NCBI GenBank assembly: GCA_963800975.1 | Contig: CAWDDB010000013.1 | Coordinates: forward strand, 110,057 to 174,056 | Source of the DNA: an uncultured Rubrobacteraceae bacterium | GTDB lineage: Bacteria > Actinomycetota > Rubrobacteria > Rubrobacterales > Rubrobacteraceae | DNA length: 64,000 nucleotides | Direction: 5' to 3' | Part shown: positions 9,825-19,932 of the stretch, piece after piece | How positions within the stretch are numbered: position 1 is the first letter of the stretch | How the letters are laid out: each line of letters opens with the position of its first letter | The notes under the pieces: generated by a model | Told to the model about the DNA's origin: nothing | Seen by the model: the letters and a program-made list of their open reading frames with translations, nothing else | The model's database searches: none | Made by a program: the position numbers and the translations under genes

Positions 9825-10909
9825 GCTCCGGAGAGGCAAAGCTGCCCCAGGGGGTCACCTCCGCAACCGTGGAGACGCCCCGGCTCGCGACGCACGTTCT
9901 GCAGAGCGGACCCGAAGGCGGTGTCCCGGTAGTCCTCGTTCACGGCAACGTCACCTCGTCGCGCTTCTTCGACGAGACGCTGGCCGCGCTGCCCGCCCGC
10001 TACCGCGGGATCGCCCCCGACCTCAGGGGTTTCGGGGGCTCCGAGGCGAGACCGCTCGACGCCACGCGCGGCCTCGCCGATTTCTCCGATGACCTCCGGG
10101 CGCTGGTAGAGGTTCTGGGGCTCGGAAGTGTCCACCTCGTGGGGTGGTCTACGAGCGGAACGGTCGCAATGCGGTACGCGATCGACCACCCTGACGCGGT
10201 CGCTTCGGTGGCCCTGATCGATCCGATGTCTCCGTTCGGGTTCGGCGGGACGAGGGACGAGGCCGGGAACCCTTGCTGGCCGGATCACGCGGGCTCGGGC
10301 GGCGGGACGGCCAACCCCGAGTTCGTGCAACGTCTCGCGGAGGGCGACCGGGGTGAGGACGACCCCAACTCCCCGCGCAACGTGATGAACGCCTTCTACT
10401 TCAAGCCGCCGTTCAGGGTATCGCCCGGGCGCGAGGAAGCCTACCTGTCGTCGATGCTTTCGACGCGGGTCGGCGAAGACAACTACCCCGGGGACGCGAT
10501 GGCCTCGGAGAACTGGCCCACCACGGCTCCCGGCGCGAGGGGCATGAACAACGCCATCTCCCCGAGGTTCTGCGACCTCGGCGCGTTCGCCCGGGTGCGG
10601 CCCAAGCCCGACGTGCTCTGGGTGCGCGGCGAAGACGACTCCATCGTCTCGGATACCTCGCTTCTCGACTTCGGGTTTCTCGGGCGCCTCGGCGCGATCC
10701 CCGACTGGCCGGGGGAGGAAGTCTACCCGCCGCAGCCGATGGTGTCCCAGGTCAGGGCGCTGCTCGAAGAGTACGCGGCGGACGGCGGACGCTACCGTGA
10801 AGAAGCGATCCCCGACTGCGGGCACTCCCCGCACGTCGAGAGGCCGGAGGAGTTCCGCCGGCTCCTCCTGGGATTTCTGGACACGCAATCCGGAGGAGGC
10901 CAACCGTGA
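9815..10909 (+). CDS. Alpha/beta hydrolase
   Basis: VVLVHGNVTSSRFF, the nucleophile elbow HLVGWSTSG and a C-terminal CGHSPHVE (catalytic His) are present. The start is GTG 9815 or TTG 9821, overlapping the ICMT stop. The upstream part of ORF 9314.. lies inside the preceding gene. Confidence 0.8.
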   Translation: MALSSGEAKLPQGVTSATVETPRLATHVLQSGPEGGVPVVLVHGNVTSSRFFDETLAALPARYRGIAPDLRGFGGSEARPLDATRGLADFSDDLRALVEVLGLGSVHLVGWSTSGTVAMRYAIDHPDAVASVALIDPMSPFGFGGTRDEAGNPCWPDHAGSGGGTANPEFVQRLAEGDRGEDDPNSPRNVMNAFYFKPPFRVSPGREEAYLSSMLSTRVGEDNYPGDAMASENWPTTAPGARGMNNAISPRFCDLGAFARVRPKPDVLWVRGEDDSIVSDTSLLDFGFLGRLGAIPDWPGEEVYPPQPMVSQVRALLEEYAADGGRYREEAIPDCGHSPHVERPEEFRRLLLGFLDTQSGGGQP

Positions 10910-11445
10910 CGAACAGAGAAGACGGCCTGCTGCCCCACGGCGACGCCTTCCCCGAGGTCGAGGAGAGCGCGTGGGTCGCGCCGGGGGCGCGCGTGATCGG
11001 GGACGTCCGCCTGGCGGAGGAGTCGAGCGTCTGGTACGGCGCCGTGATACGCGGCGACACGGAGCCGATCCGGATCGGGGCCCGCACCAACATCCAGGAC
11101 GGGTGCGTGGTGCACGCGGACCCCGGCTACCCAGCCCTCGTCGGCGACGACTGCGTGGTCGGCCACAACGCGATCGTGCACGGGTGCGAGATCGAAGACG
11201 GCTGCCTCGTCGGCATGGGCGCGACCATCCTGAACGGCGCGAAGATCGGGGCGGGTTCCATCGTCGCCGCCAGTGCCCTTGTCCCCGAAGGCAGGGAGTA
11301 CCCGCCCCGCAGCCTCATCGTCGGCATACCGGCCAAGGCCGTCAAAGAGCTGACGGACGAGCAGGCAGAGGACATTGCCCACGGCGTGCGAGAGTACGTG
11401 GAGCGCGCCGCGGCCCACAGGGCGTCACTGGATCGTCCCGAATAG
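10906..11445 (+). CDS. Gamma-carbonic-anhydrase-like / hexapeptide-repeat (LbH) protein (PaaY/YrdA/CaiE family)
   Basis: Left-handed beta-helix hexapeptide repeats are present (IGARTNIQDGCVVHAD, VGHNAIVHGCEIEDGCLVGMGATILNGAKIG). There is a 4-nt overlap with the upstream gene. Confidence 0.85.
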   Translation: MTNREDGLLPHGDAFPEVEESAWVAPGARVIGDVRLAEESSVWYGAVIRGDTEPIRIGARTNIQDGCVVHADPGYPALVGDDCVVGHNAIVHGCEIEDGCLVGMGATILNGAKIGAGSIVAASALVPEGREYPPRSLIVGIPAKAVKELTDEQAEDIAHGVREYVERAAAHRASLDRPE

Positions 11446-11513
11446 CCCCGCAGAGGAACACAGTAGAAGATCCGGATGCCACCCCCTGAATGGGAGACCG
11501 GCGCGGCGGGCTC

Positions 11514-12272
11514 TCAAAGACGGCCGTAGTAGACCTCGGTGTCGTATTCGACGGTGACCTTGCCGCCTATCTGATGCTCGTCGAAGATTCTCTGGGCCTG
11601 CAGGAGCATCTCTTCCGCGCCAGGCTCACCGCGCGCGGGGACGTAGGAGACCGAGAGCAGCCTCCCATGCAGGCCGTCGAGGTCGAGCACCTGCTCGTTG
11701 TCGAAGGTCGCCCTCTCGAAGGAGCCCGGACCGAAGAGGGACTGCGCCATCTCGGCGTCCTGGCGCCAGATCTCGATCTCCCCGCGATCCGTCCTGTACT
11801 CGTGGAGCAACCGCTCGTAGGCTTCTAGGAACGGCGTCGCGTCCTTGCGGCGCAGGTTCCAGACGAGGGCCGCCCAGCCTCCAGGTCCGAGGACGCGCGC
11901 GAACTCGAGGCGAGACCGCCCGGCGTCGAACCAGTGGAACGCCTGTCCGGCGACGACGAAACCGGCGGCGTCGTCGGGGAGGCCGGTTGCCTCGGCCGTC
12001 CCGGCGACGCTCGTGAAGCGCGGCTGGTCGCGCAGGAGGTCTTCGGCGGCTGCCCGCATCTCCGGGTTGGGCTCGACGCCGAAGACGCGGTTGCCGTTCT
12101 CGAGGAAGAGCCTGCTCAGGATGCCGGTTCCCGAACCCACGTCGGCGACGACGGAGTCGCCCGTGAGGCCGCATTCCGTGCGGAGCAGATCCAGGACCGC
12201 CCGCGGGTAGGAGGGCCGGTACCTCACGTAGTTATCTACCCTGCCGGTGAAGCGGCGCGTGTGGTCGGTCAT
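11514..12272 (-). CDS. Class I SAM-dependent methyltransferase
   Basis: Motif I VADVGSGTGILS is followed by VFGVEPNPEM and QAFHWF. Confidence 0.85.
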   Translation of the reverse strand: MTDHTRRFTGRVDNYVRYRPSYPRAVLDLLRTECGLTGDSVVADVGSGTGILSRLFLENGNRVFGVEPNPEMRAAAEDLLRDQPRFTSVAGTAEATGLPDDAAGFVVAGQAFHWFDAGRSRLEFARVLGPGGWAALVWNLRRKDATPFLEAYERLLHEYRTDRGEIEIWRQDAEMAQSLFGPGSFERATFDNEQVLDLDGLHGRLLSVSYVPARGEPGAEEMLLQAQRIFDEHQIGGKVTVEYDTEVYYGRL

Positions 12273-12339
12273 CGGTCTTCGAGAGCGCCACGGTCGACGA
12301 GGTCTTTACCTCGTTTCTGCAACGTGATCGCCTCCTCGA

Positions 12340-15300
12340 CTACCTCGCGGGTGCTTGCTCTTCCGCCGGTGCGGCGGACGCTATGAGGTTCCGGATCTCG
12401 CGCAGCGCCACCGAGAGCGTGGCCAGACCGAAGGCGCCGCTGGAGTTTATGTCGGTGAGCACCTGCAGGGTGCGGTCCACCTGGGTGCGGTTTCTATCCA
12501 TCCAGGCGTCGATGCGTTCCCCGGCTGGCAGCTCCGCGTCGGTGCCTCGCACTATCTCGGCGGTAAGCTCGGCCTGCTGACCGTAGAGGTCGTCACGCAG
12601 CGCCGCCCTGGCGAGCGCCTGCCAGCGGTTCTCGCGCGGGAGCGCTTCGACGTGGCCGCGCAGCCAGTGCAGCCTCAGCCGGTCGCCAAGGGCGAAGTAG
12701 ACGGCCGCCACCTCTTGCATTGGCTCCTCCGTGGCCGAGGCGATGTCTACTATGTCGAGCTCCGAGAACATCGCGCCGAGGAGCGCCACGCGCTTCGCCA
12801 CCTCGGGCGGGACGTTGGCCTCGTCGAGCTGCGCGGCGGCGCGGTCCACGATCTCCCTGTCGCCATCGAGCAGGAACTCGGGGAGGCGCCTGGTGAGCTC
12901 GGAGAGACCCTCCGAGAAGTGCGAGACCGTATCGGAGATGTCGAGCGGGGGCCGGCGGCTGTGCAGGAACCAGCGGGTGGCGCGCTCGACCAGCCTGCGC
13001 CAGTCCAGGAGCATCCTCGTCTGGGTCTGGGCGTCGATGACGTTGTCCAGGGACTCCACGTCGTCCCAGAGCGAGCGCATGTCGAAGACCTCGCAGGCCG
13101 CGGTGTAGGCCCGGGCGATCTCCGCGGGTTCGGCCCCCGTCTCCTCTCCCAGTCGGAACGCGAAGGAGGGGCCGCCGCGGTTGACCAGGTCGTTCACCAC
13201 GCTCGTGGCCGTGATCTCGCGCCGCAGCCGGTGCTCACGCATCTGCTCGCCGAAGCGCTCGCGCAGGGGCGAGGGGAAGTAGCGCTCCAGCTCGTCCGCG
13301 AGGTAAGGGTCCTCCGGGAGTTCGGAGGCGAGGAGCCGCCTGTAGAGCGTGATCTTGGTGTACGAGAGCAGGATGGAGAACTCGGGGGCGGTCAGGCCCT
13401 TGCCCTGCGACTTGCGCTCGGCCAGGACCTCGTTGCTCGGGAGGAACTCCAGCTCGCGGTTGAGGCTCCCGGCCTGCTCCAGCGCCGCGATGTAGCGGAC
13501 GTGCACGTCGATCATGGCGTGGGCGAGGGCGAGGGCGTTGCTTACGGCCCGCGTCTGCTCGTAGTTGTCGTGCAGGACGAGCTGGCTCACCTCCTCCGTC
13601 ATCTCGACCAGGAGCTCGTTACGCTGCTTTTCTGTCATGTCGCCGTTCTCGACGACCGAGTCGAGCAGGATCTTGATGTTCACCTCGTGGTCCGAGCAGT
13701 CCACGCCGGCCGAGTTGTCTATGGCGTCCATGTAGATGCGGCCGCCGCCCAGCGCGTACTCGACGCGTCCCCGCTGGGTTAAGCCGAGGTTCCCGCCCTC
13801 GCCCACGACGCGGCACCCGAGCTCCTCGCCGTCCACCCTCACGGCGTCGTTCGCCCGGTCCCCGACCTCGGCGTCGGTCTCGTCGGAGGCCTTTACGTAG
13901 GTCCCGATGCCGCCGTTGAACAGCAGGTCGACTTTGGTCTTGAGGAGCGCCCGGATCACCTCGTTGGGGGTCAGCGTCTCGTCCTCGACGCCGAGCAGCT
14001 CCCTCGCCTCGGGGGAGAGGGGGATGGACTTGGCCGAGCGCGCGTACACGCCGCCGCCCTCGGAGATCAGGGACTCGTCGTACTCCGACCACGACGAGCG
14101 CGGCAGCTCGAAGAGCCGCTCGCGCTCCTCGAAGCTCGTCTCGGGGTCGGGATCCGGGTCGAGGAAGATGTGGAGGTGGTTGAACGCGCCCTGGAGCCTG
14201 ATGTGGCGGCTGAGGAGCATGCCGTTGCCGAAGACGTCCCCGGACATGTCCCCGATGCCGGCGACCGTGAAGTCCTCGTTCTGCACGTCGACGCCGAGCT
14301 CGCGGAAGTGGCGCTTGACCGACTCCCACGCGCCCTTCGCCGTTATCGCCATCTCCTTGTGGTCGTACCCGGCCGAGCCGCCCGAGGCGAAGGCGTCGCC
14401 GAGCCAGAAGCCGTACTCGGCTGAGATGCCGTTGGCGAGGTCCGAGAAAGTGGCCGTGCCCTTGTCCGCGGCGACCACCAGGTAGGGGTCGTCCTCGTCG
14501 TAGCGCACCACGTCGGGTGGCGGCTCGACGCCGCCGCCCACGCGGTTGTCTGTCAGGTCGAGCATGCCGCGGACGAGGGTCTTGTAGCAGAACACGACCT
14601 CCTGCATGAGGGCCTCGCGGCCGCCCTCCGCGGGGGGACGCTTCACGACGAAACCGCCCTTCGCGCCGACGGGCACGATCACGGCGTTCTTCACCATCTG
14701 GGCCTTCATGAGGCCGAGGACCTCGGTTCGGAAGTCCTCGCGCCTGTCGGACCATCTGATGCCGCCGCGCGCCACCTCGCCGCCCCTGAGGTGGACGCCC
14801 TCGGCCCGCGGGGAGTAGACGAAGATCTCGAACCTGGGGCGGGGCTGCGGCAGCACGAGGATCTCGCTCGGATCGAACTTGAAAGATAGGTAGGGCTTGT
14901 TCTCGCCCTCCCGGGTCCTCTGGTAGAAGTTGGTGCGCACCGTGCACAGGGTGACGTTCAGGAAGTTCCTGAGGATGCGGTCCTCGTCCAGGCTCTCGAT
15001 CTCTTCGAGCGCGTCCTCGATCTCGCCTCTCAGGCGCTCCGTCTCTTTCTCCGCCCCGGACGACCGCTCGGGGTCGAAGCGGGCCTCGAAGAGTTGCACG
15101 AGCAGCCCGGCGATGCGCGAGTTCGAGAAAAGGGCGTCCTCCATGTAGTCCTGCGAGAACGTGGTTCCCGCCTGGCGCAGGTACTTGCAGTAGGCCCTGA
15201 GGATCGTGATCTGGCGCCAGGTCAGGCGCGCGCGCAACACGAGACGGTTGAAGCCATCGTTCTCCACCGTCCCGCGCCAGGCGCGGGCGAAGGCGTCCTG

Positions 15301-17187
15301 GAAGATCTCCCGCACCTCGCCAGTCTGCAGCTCTCCCTCCGCCTCGTGCAGGAGGCCGAAGTCGTACACCCAGACCGGGGGGGAGCCGGTCGGCTCGATC
15401 CTGTGGGGGCGCTCGTCGACGACCTCGACGCCCATGTCCTCGAGCAGGGGCAGGATGTCCGAGAGCGAGATCTGCTCCCCCAGCCTGAAGAGCTTGAACC
15501 CGAGAAAGTTGTCCGGCTCCTCGAGCGGGTGGTAGAGGCTCATCTCTATGTCGTCCTCGGAGCCGAGGTCCTCGATCTTGTCGATATCGGAGACCGCGGT
15601 GCGGGCGAGGAAGCCGTCGCGGTAGCCCGGCGGGAAGGCGTCCTCGTACTTGCGGTAGAGCTCGGTTCCCCGCTCCTCCCCGAAATGCTCGATCAGGGCG
15701 TCGTAGAGGTTATCCGTCCACGAGCGGGTCGCCTCGGCGACGCGCTCCTCGATCTCGTTGGGGTCGTACTCAGGGATATCGCCAGGCGTCACGTAGATGA
15801 TGAAGTGGAGGCGGGCTAGCACGGACTCGGAGAGCCTGACGTTGAACTCGGTGTTGTTGCCGCCGAGGGCGCGCTGCAAGATGCGCTGCATCCTCTCCCG
15901 GATCACCGTGTTGTAGCGGTCTCGCGGCACGAAGACCAGGCAGGAGAAGAACCGCCCGTAGGTGTCGCGCCGTATGAAGAGCCTGACGCGCTGGCGCTCC
16001 TGCAGGTGCAGGATGCCCATCGCGATCTCGAAGAGCTCCTCCGCGTCGATCTGGAACAGCTCGTCGCGCGGGTAGGTCTCGAGGATCTCGATGAGGTCTT
16101 TCTCGTTGTGGCTGTCCTCGGGGAAGCCCGCGCGCTCGAGCACGTAGCTGACCTTGCGGCGCACCAGGGGGATGTCGAAGGCGCTCATGCTGTAGGCCGA
16201 GAAGGCGTATAGCCCGAGGAAACGCCGCTCGCCGGTCACCTCGCCGGAGTCGTCGAAGCGCTTGACACCGACGTAGTCGAGGTAGGAAGGCCTGTGCACG
16301 GTGGAGCGCGAGTTCGCCTTGGTCAGGTTGAGGAGGTGGGCAGCGTGCGCGAGCTTGCGGACCTCGGGCGGCAGCTTGGCAAAGCTGAGCGATTCGGGCT
16401 TGCGGCTCGTCTCGCGCAGGATGCCCAGGCCCGTCCCCGGTACGGTCCTCAGGAGGTCCTCCCCGTCCTCCGTGAGCAGCTCGTACTCGCGGTAGCCCAG
16501 GAAGGTGAAGTTGTTGTCGGCTATCCACTCGAGGAAGGCCCTGGCCTCCTCGGGGTCGTCCTCCTCCACCGGGGGCCGGTCCTCTCCTATCTCCGCGACG
16601 ATGTCGCGGGCCCTATCGCGCATCTCGGGCCAGTCCTCGACCGCTTTGCGGACCTGATCGAGGACGCTCGTGATGCACTCGTGCAGGTTTTCCAGGATCT
16701 CGGGCTCGGTCTGCCGGTCTATCTCCACGTGTATGATGGATTCTGAGGTGGCGTCGCCTTCGTCCTCGGGGTCGAGGACGTCGACGAGACGGCCCGCGCC
16801 GTCGCGCTTCAGCTTCATTATGGGGTGGAGCATGAGGTGGATCGCGAAGCCCTCGCGGTTTATCCTCATCCGCGTGGAGTCCACGAGGAACGGCATGTCG
16901 TCGGTGACGATCTCGAGCGCCGTGTGGGTGGACTGCCAGCCGTGCTCCTCGAAGGTCGGGTTGTACACCCTGACCTTCGCCGTGCCTGGTGTCCGTTGCT
17001 TGGCGAACGCCCACTGCCCTACGGCGGCGCCGTACAGGTCGATGGGCGAACGGTGGGCCAGGTCCTCCGGCGTGATCCAAGCGTAGTACTGGCGCACGAA
17101 CTCTTCAACCAGCGGCGCCTGGTCTTCCGGCAACTGCTCCCTAACGCGAGCGACGACCTTGTCGAGAACCTCGTCCTTGACCAACAT
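12340..17187 (-). CDS. gdh: NAD-specific glutamate dehydrogenase, large (~180 kDa) class
   Basis: 1615-aa ORF with the conserved catalytic core GGIRWSDRREDFRTEVLGLMKAQMVKNAVIVPVGAKGGFV and AADKGTATFSD, typical of the giant bacterial GDH family. Confidence 0.95.
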   Translation of the reverse strand: MLVKDEVLDKVVARVREQLPEDQAPLVEEFVRQYYAWITPEDLAHRSPIDLYGAAVGQWAFAKQRTPGTAKVRVYNPTFEEHGWQSTHTALEIVTDDMPFLVDSTRMRINREGFAIHLMLHPIMKLKRDGAGRLVDVLDPEDEGDATSESIIHVEIDRQTEPEILENLHECITSVLDQVRKAVEDWPEMRDRARDIVAEIGEDRPPVEEDDPEEARAFLEWIADNNFTFLGYREYELLTEDGEDLLRTVPGTGLGILRETSRKPESLSFAKLPPEVRKLAHAAHLLNLTKANSRSTVHRPSYLDYVGVKRFDDSGEVTGERRFLGLYAFSAYSMSAFDIPLVRRKVSYVLERAGFPEDSHNEKDLIEILETYPRDELFQIDAEELFEIAMGILHLQERQRVRLFIRRDTYGRFFSCLVFVPRDRYNTVIRERMQRILQRALGGNNTEFNVRLSESVLARLHFIIYVTPGDIPEYDPNEIEERVAEATRSWTDNLYDALIEHFGEERGTELYRKYEDAFPPGYRDGFLARTAVSDIDKIEDLGSEDDIEMSLYHPLEEPDNFLGFKLFRLGEQISLSDILPLLEDMGVEVVDERPHRIEPTGSPPVWVYDFGLLHEAEGELQTGEVREIFQDAFARAWRGTVENDGFNRLVLRARLTWRQITILRAYCKYLRQAGTTFSQDYMEDALFSNSRIAGLLVQLFEARFDPERSSGAEKETERLRGEIEDALEEIESLDEDRILRNFLNVTLCTVRTNFYQRTREGENKPYLSFKFDPSEILVLPQPRPRFEIFVYSPRAEGVHLRGGEVARGGIRWSDRREDFRTEVLGLMKAQMVKNAVIVPVGAKGGFVVKRPPAEGGREALMQEVVFCYKTLVRGMLDLTDNRVGGGVEPPPDVVRYDEDDPYLVVAADKGTATFSDLANGISAEYGFWLGDAFASGGSAGYDHKEMAITAKGAWESVKRHFRELGVDVQNEDFTVAGIGDMSGDVFGNGMLLSRHIRLQGAFNHLHIFLDPDPDPETSFEERERLFELPRSSWSEYDESLISEGGGVYARSAKSIPLSPEARELLGVEDETLTPNEVIRALLKTKVDLLFNGGIGTYVKASDETDAEVGDRANDAVRVDGEELGCRVVGEGGNLGLTQRGRVEYALGGGRIYMDAIDNSAGVDCSDHEVNIKILLDSVVENGDMTEKQRNELLVEMTEEVSQLVLHDNYEQTRAVSNALALAHAMIDVHVRYIAALEQAGSLNRELEFLPSNEVLAERKSQGKGLTAPEFSILLSYTKITLYRRLLASELPEDPYLADELERYFPSPLRERFGEQMREHRLRREITATSVVNDLVNRGGPSFAFRLGEETGAEPAEIARAYTAACEVFDMRSLWDDVESLDNVIDAQTQTRMLLDWRRLVERATRWFLHSRRPPLDISDTVSHFSEGLSELTRRLPEFLLDGDREIVDRAAAQLDEANVPPEVAKRVALLGAMFSELDIVDIASATEEPMQEVAAVYFALGDRLRLHWLRGHVEALPRENRWQALARAALRDDLYGQQAELTAEIVRGTDAELPAGERIDAWMDRNRTQVDRTLQVLTDINSSGAFGLATLSVALREIRNLIASAAPAEEQAPAR

Positions 17188-17324
17188 CGGTACGCTCCTC
17201 CGTCGATTCCGTGCCCCACAATGTTACCGAAAGGCACCGCCAGCCGCGCCTCTTCGTGGGCATTTTCGCGCGCGCAGAGTCCTCTGCCGTGTTAACTTTT
17301 CGTGTCACGAAGGAGGGAGTCAGG

Positions 17325-18455
17325 GTGCGGGCGGAGACGGAAGATTACACACTCGGGGTCGAGGAGGAGTACCAGATCATAGACCCCGAGTCCCGCGCGC
17401 TCTCGCCGCGCGCAGAGGACGTGCTGCGGCGCGTGCAGCAGACCCCCGGCGCGGACGGGATCGTGCCCGAGCTGCGCGCCTCGCAGCTGGAGGTCCTGAC
17501 CCCAATCTGCCGCACCCTCGCCGAAGTACGCGCCGAGCTGCTCCGGCTGCGGCGGCACGTGATCGATGCCTCAGGGCAAGAGGGGGTCCGTATCGCGGCC
17601 GCGAGCACCCACCCGTTCTCGCACTGGCGGGAGCAGCCGATCGCGGCGGGCGACCGCAACCGGCGGATCCTGGAGCGCGAGCGCCGCATGGTCGAGGAAC
17701 AGGTGGTCTTCGGCTTCCACGTGCACGTCGGTCTGGGAGACCGCGAGGCCGCCGTGATGACGATGAACCGCGCGCGCGTCTGGCTCGCGCCGCTGCTCGC
17801 GCTCTCGGCCAACTCCCCGTTCTGGATGGAGGAGGACACCGGCTACGACAGCTACCGGATGCAGATCTGGGGTTGGCTCCCGACCGCCGGACCGCCAGGC
17901 ATCTTCGCCTCCCTCGCCGAGCACGACGCCACCGTCAGGGCCCTCGTCGCGACGGGCGGCGCGCTCGAGGTCTCGCAGGTCTACTGGGACATGCGCCTGC
18001 CGCAAAGCCTGAACACCGTCGAGATCCGGGTCTGCGACGTCTGCACCAGCGTGGACGAGGCCGTGATGCTGGCAGGCCTCTCCCGCGCCATCGTACGCGC
18101 CTGCCACGAAGGAGCAGAGGAGGGGAGACCGTACCCCGAGGCGCGGCCCGAGATCCTGCACGCCGCGCACTGGATCGCCTCGCGCTACGGCCTCGGCGCC
18201 GAGCTGGTCGACGTCGAGGCCGGGCAACTCGTCCCGGCACGACGGGTTATCGAGGGCCTCCTCGCCTTCGCGCGCCCGGCGCTAGAGGAGCACGGGGACT
18301 GGGAGGAGGTCTCGGCGCTGGTGGGCGAGACGCTGGATCGCGGCAACGGAGCTGGCCGCCAGCGCAGGGCATTCGAGAAGACCGGAAAGCTCGAAGACGT
18401 CGTAGATATGCTGGTCGAGGAGACGGCCCAGGGCACACGACCGACCGTCAGGTGA
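17325..18455 (+). CDS. Carboxylate-amine ligase, glutamate-cysteine ligase family 2 (YbdK type)
   Basis: GTG 17325 sits 7 nt after a strong SD (AAGGAGGG). The N-terminus is TLGVEEEYQIIDPES, and the HVHVG motif is present. Confidence 0.85.
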   Translation: MRAETEDYTLGVEEEYQIIDPESRALSPRAEDVLRRVQQTPGADGIVPELRASQLEVLTPICRTLAEVRAELLRLRRHVIDASGQEGVRIAAASTHPFSHWREQPIAAGDRNRRILERERRMVEEQVVFGFHVHVGLGDREAAVMTMNRARVWLAPLLALSANSPFWMEEDTGYDSYRMQIWGWLPTAGPPGIFASLAEHDATVRALVATGGALEVSQVYWDMRLPQSLNTVEIRVCDVCTSVDEAVMLAGLSRAIVRACHEGAEEGRPYPEARPEILHAAHWIASRYGLGAELVDVEAGQLVPARRVIEGLLAFARPALEEHGDWEEVSALVGETLDRGNGAGRQRRAFEKTGKLEDVVDMLVEETAQGTRPTVR

Positions 18456-18649
18456 TCCTCCACACCACGGTCACGTTCTCCTCCGCGTAGGGAGCCTCTG
18501 GTTCTATGTCCGGCAGGGGGCAGACGGTTCGGCCACCTCGTAAGAGACCGGCAGGCAACTCACGCGAACGTCCACGATCCCGTGGTCGATCGCAGTCGCC
18601 GTCGCGGCGTCGATTCGGACGGGCGCGACTAGGCGCACGAAGTGTTCAC

Positions 18650-18655
18650 TATAAT
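18650..18655 (+). promoter_or_regulatory. Candidate -10 hexamer (TATAAT) for the acyl-CoA dehydrogenase gene
   Basis: A perfect TATAAT lies 31 nt upstream of ATG 18687. No convincing -35 was found. Confidence 0.35.
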
Positions 18656-18686
18656 CTTCTCGAAAGGTCTGCAACGAAGGGGAGTC

Positions 18687-19865
18687 ATGAACTTCGAACT
18701 CAGCAACGAGCAGCGGGAGATCAGGGAAAGGGCCGCGGAGTTCGCGGACCGGGAGGTGGTTCCCCACGCCGCGGAGCTGGACCGGGAGGACCGGGTCCCC
18801 TTCGAGACGCTGCAGAAGCTCTCGGAGCTCGGGTTCATGGGGTTGTGCGTGCCGGAGGAGTACGGCGGGGCGGGGTCGGACTTCCTCTCCTACTGCCTCC
18901 TGATCGAGGAGCTAAGCCGCGCCGACGCGGGCGTCGGCGTGACGCTCGCGGTGCACACGAGCGCCGGTACGCTCCCCATCGTTGCGTTCGGGAGCGAGGA
19001 GCAGAAGGCGCGGTGGGTGCCCGACCTGGCGCGCGGGACCAGGATCGGCTCCTTCGCCCTCACCGAGCGAACGACCGGGTCGGACGCCGCCGCGATACAG
19101 ACCACCGCCGAGAGGGTCGACGGCGGCTACAGGCTATCGGGCCACAAGCAGTGGATCACCAACGGCAGGATAGCGGGATCCACGATCGCCTTCGCCCGCG
19201 CCCCCGAGGGACCTACGGCCTTCGTCGTCCCAATGGATGCCGAGGGCGTCTCCTTCGGCAAACACGCGAAGAAGATGGGGGTCATCTCCGCCACGACCGA
19301 TGACGTGCACCTCGAAGACGTCTTCGTTCCAGAAGAAGACAGGCTGGGCGAGGAGGGCAAAGGGCTCGGGGTGGCGCTCGGGACGCTGGACTTCGGCAGG
19401 ATCGGGATCGCCGCGCAGGCCCTCGGCATCGCCGAGGCCGCCTTTCGCTACGCCTCGGGATACGCCGCCGAGCGAACCACCTTCGGCAAACCGATAGGGG
19501 AGCACCAGGCCATAGCCTTCAAGCTGGCCGACATGCAGACAAAGATACGGGCCGCCCGCCTGCTAGTGCACGAGGCGGCCTGGATGAAGGACCGTGGGAT
19601 GCGCGTCACCGAGGCCGGCGCCCGCGCGAAGCTCTACGCCTCGCAGGCGGCGAACGAGGTCACCTACGACGCCGTCCAGGTGCTGGGCGGCTACGGGTAC
19701 ATGAAGGACGAGAGCCCGGTCGAGCGCTACTACCGGGACGCCAGGGTAACGGAGATCTACGAGGGCACGAGCGAGATACAGCGGCTCGTGATCGCGCGCG
19801 GCATCCTGAAGGAGCGAACGGGATCTCCCGGCGGCGTCGAGGGCTCCCGGCCCGTCGTCGGGTAG
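18687..19865 (+). CDS. Acyl-CoA dehydrogenase
   Basis: SD AAGGGGAG precedes ATG 18687 (MNFELSNEQREIRE). ACAD signatures include YEGTSEIQRLVIAR and QVLGGYGY. Confidence 0.9.
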   Translation: MNFELSNEQREIRERAAEFADREVVPHAAELDREDRVPFETLQKLSELGFMGLCVPEEYGGAGSDFLSYCLLIEELSRADAGVGVTLAVHTSAGTLPIVAFGSEEQKARWVPDLARGTRIGSFALTERTTGSDAAAIQTTAERVDGGYRLSGHKQWITNGRIAGSTIAFARAPEGPTAFVVPMDAEGVSFGKHAKKMGVISATTDDVHLEDVFVPEEDRLGEEGKGLGVALGTLDFGRIGIAAQALGIAEAAFRYASGYAAERTTFGKPIGEHQAIAFKLADMQTKIRAARLLVHEAAWMKDRGMRVTEAGARAKLYASQAANEVTYDAVQVLGGYGYMKDESPVERYYRDARVTEIYEGTSEIQRLVIARGILKERTGSPGGVEGSRPVVG

Positions 19866-19932
19866 AGAGATCCCGCGCCGCTCCCTCCTCGGCCCCGGCC
19901 TGGCCGCCCTCGGCGCCGCGATCTGGCTCGCG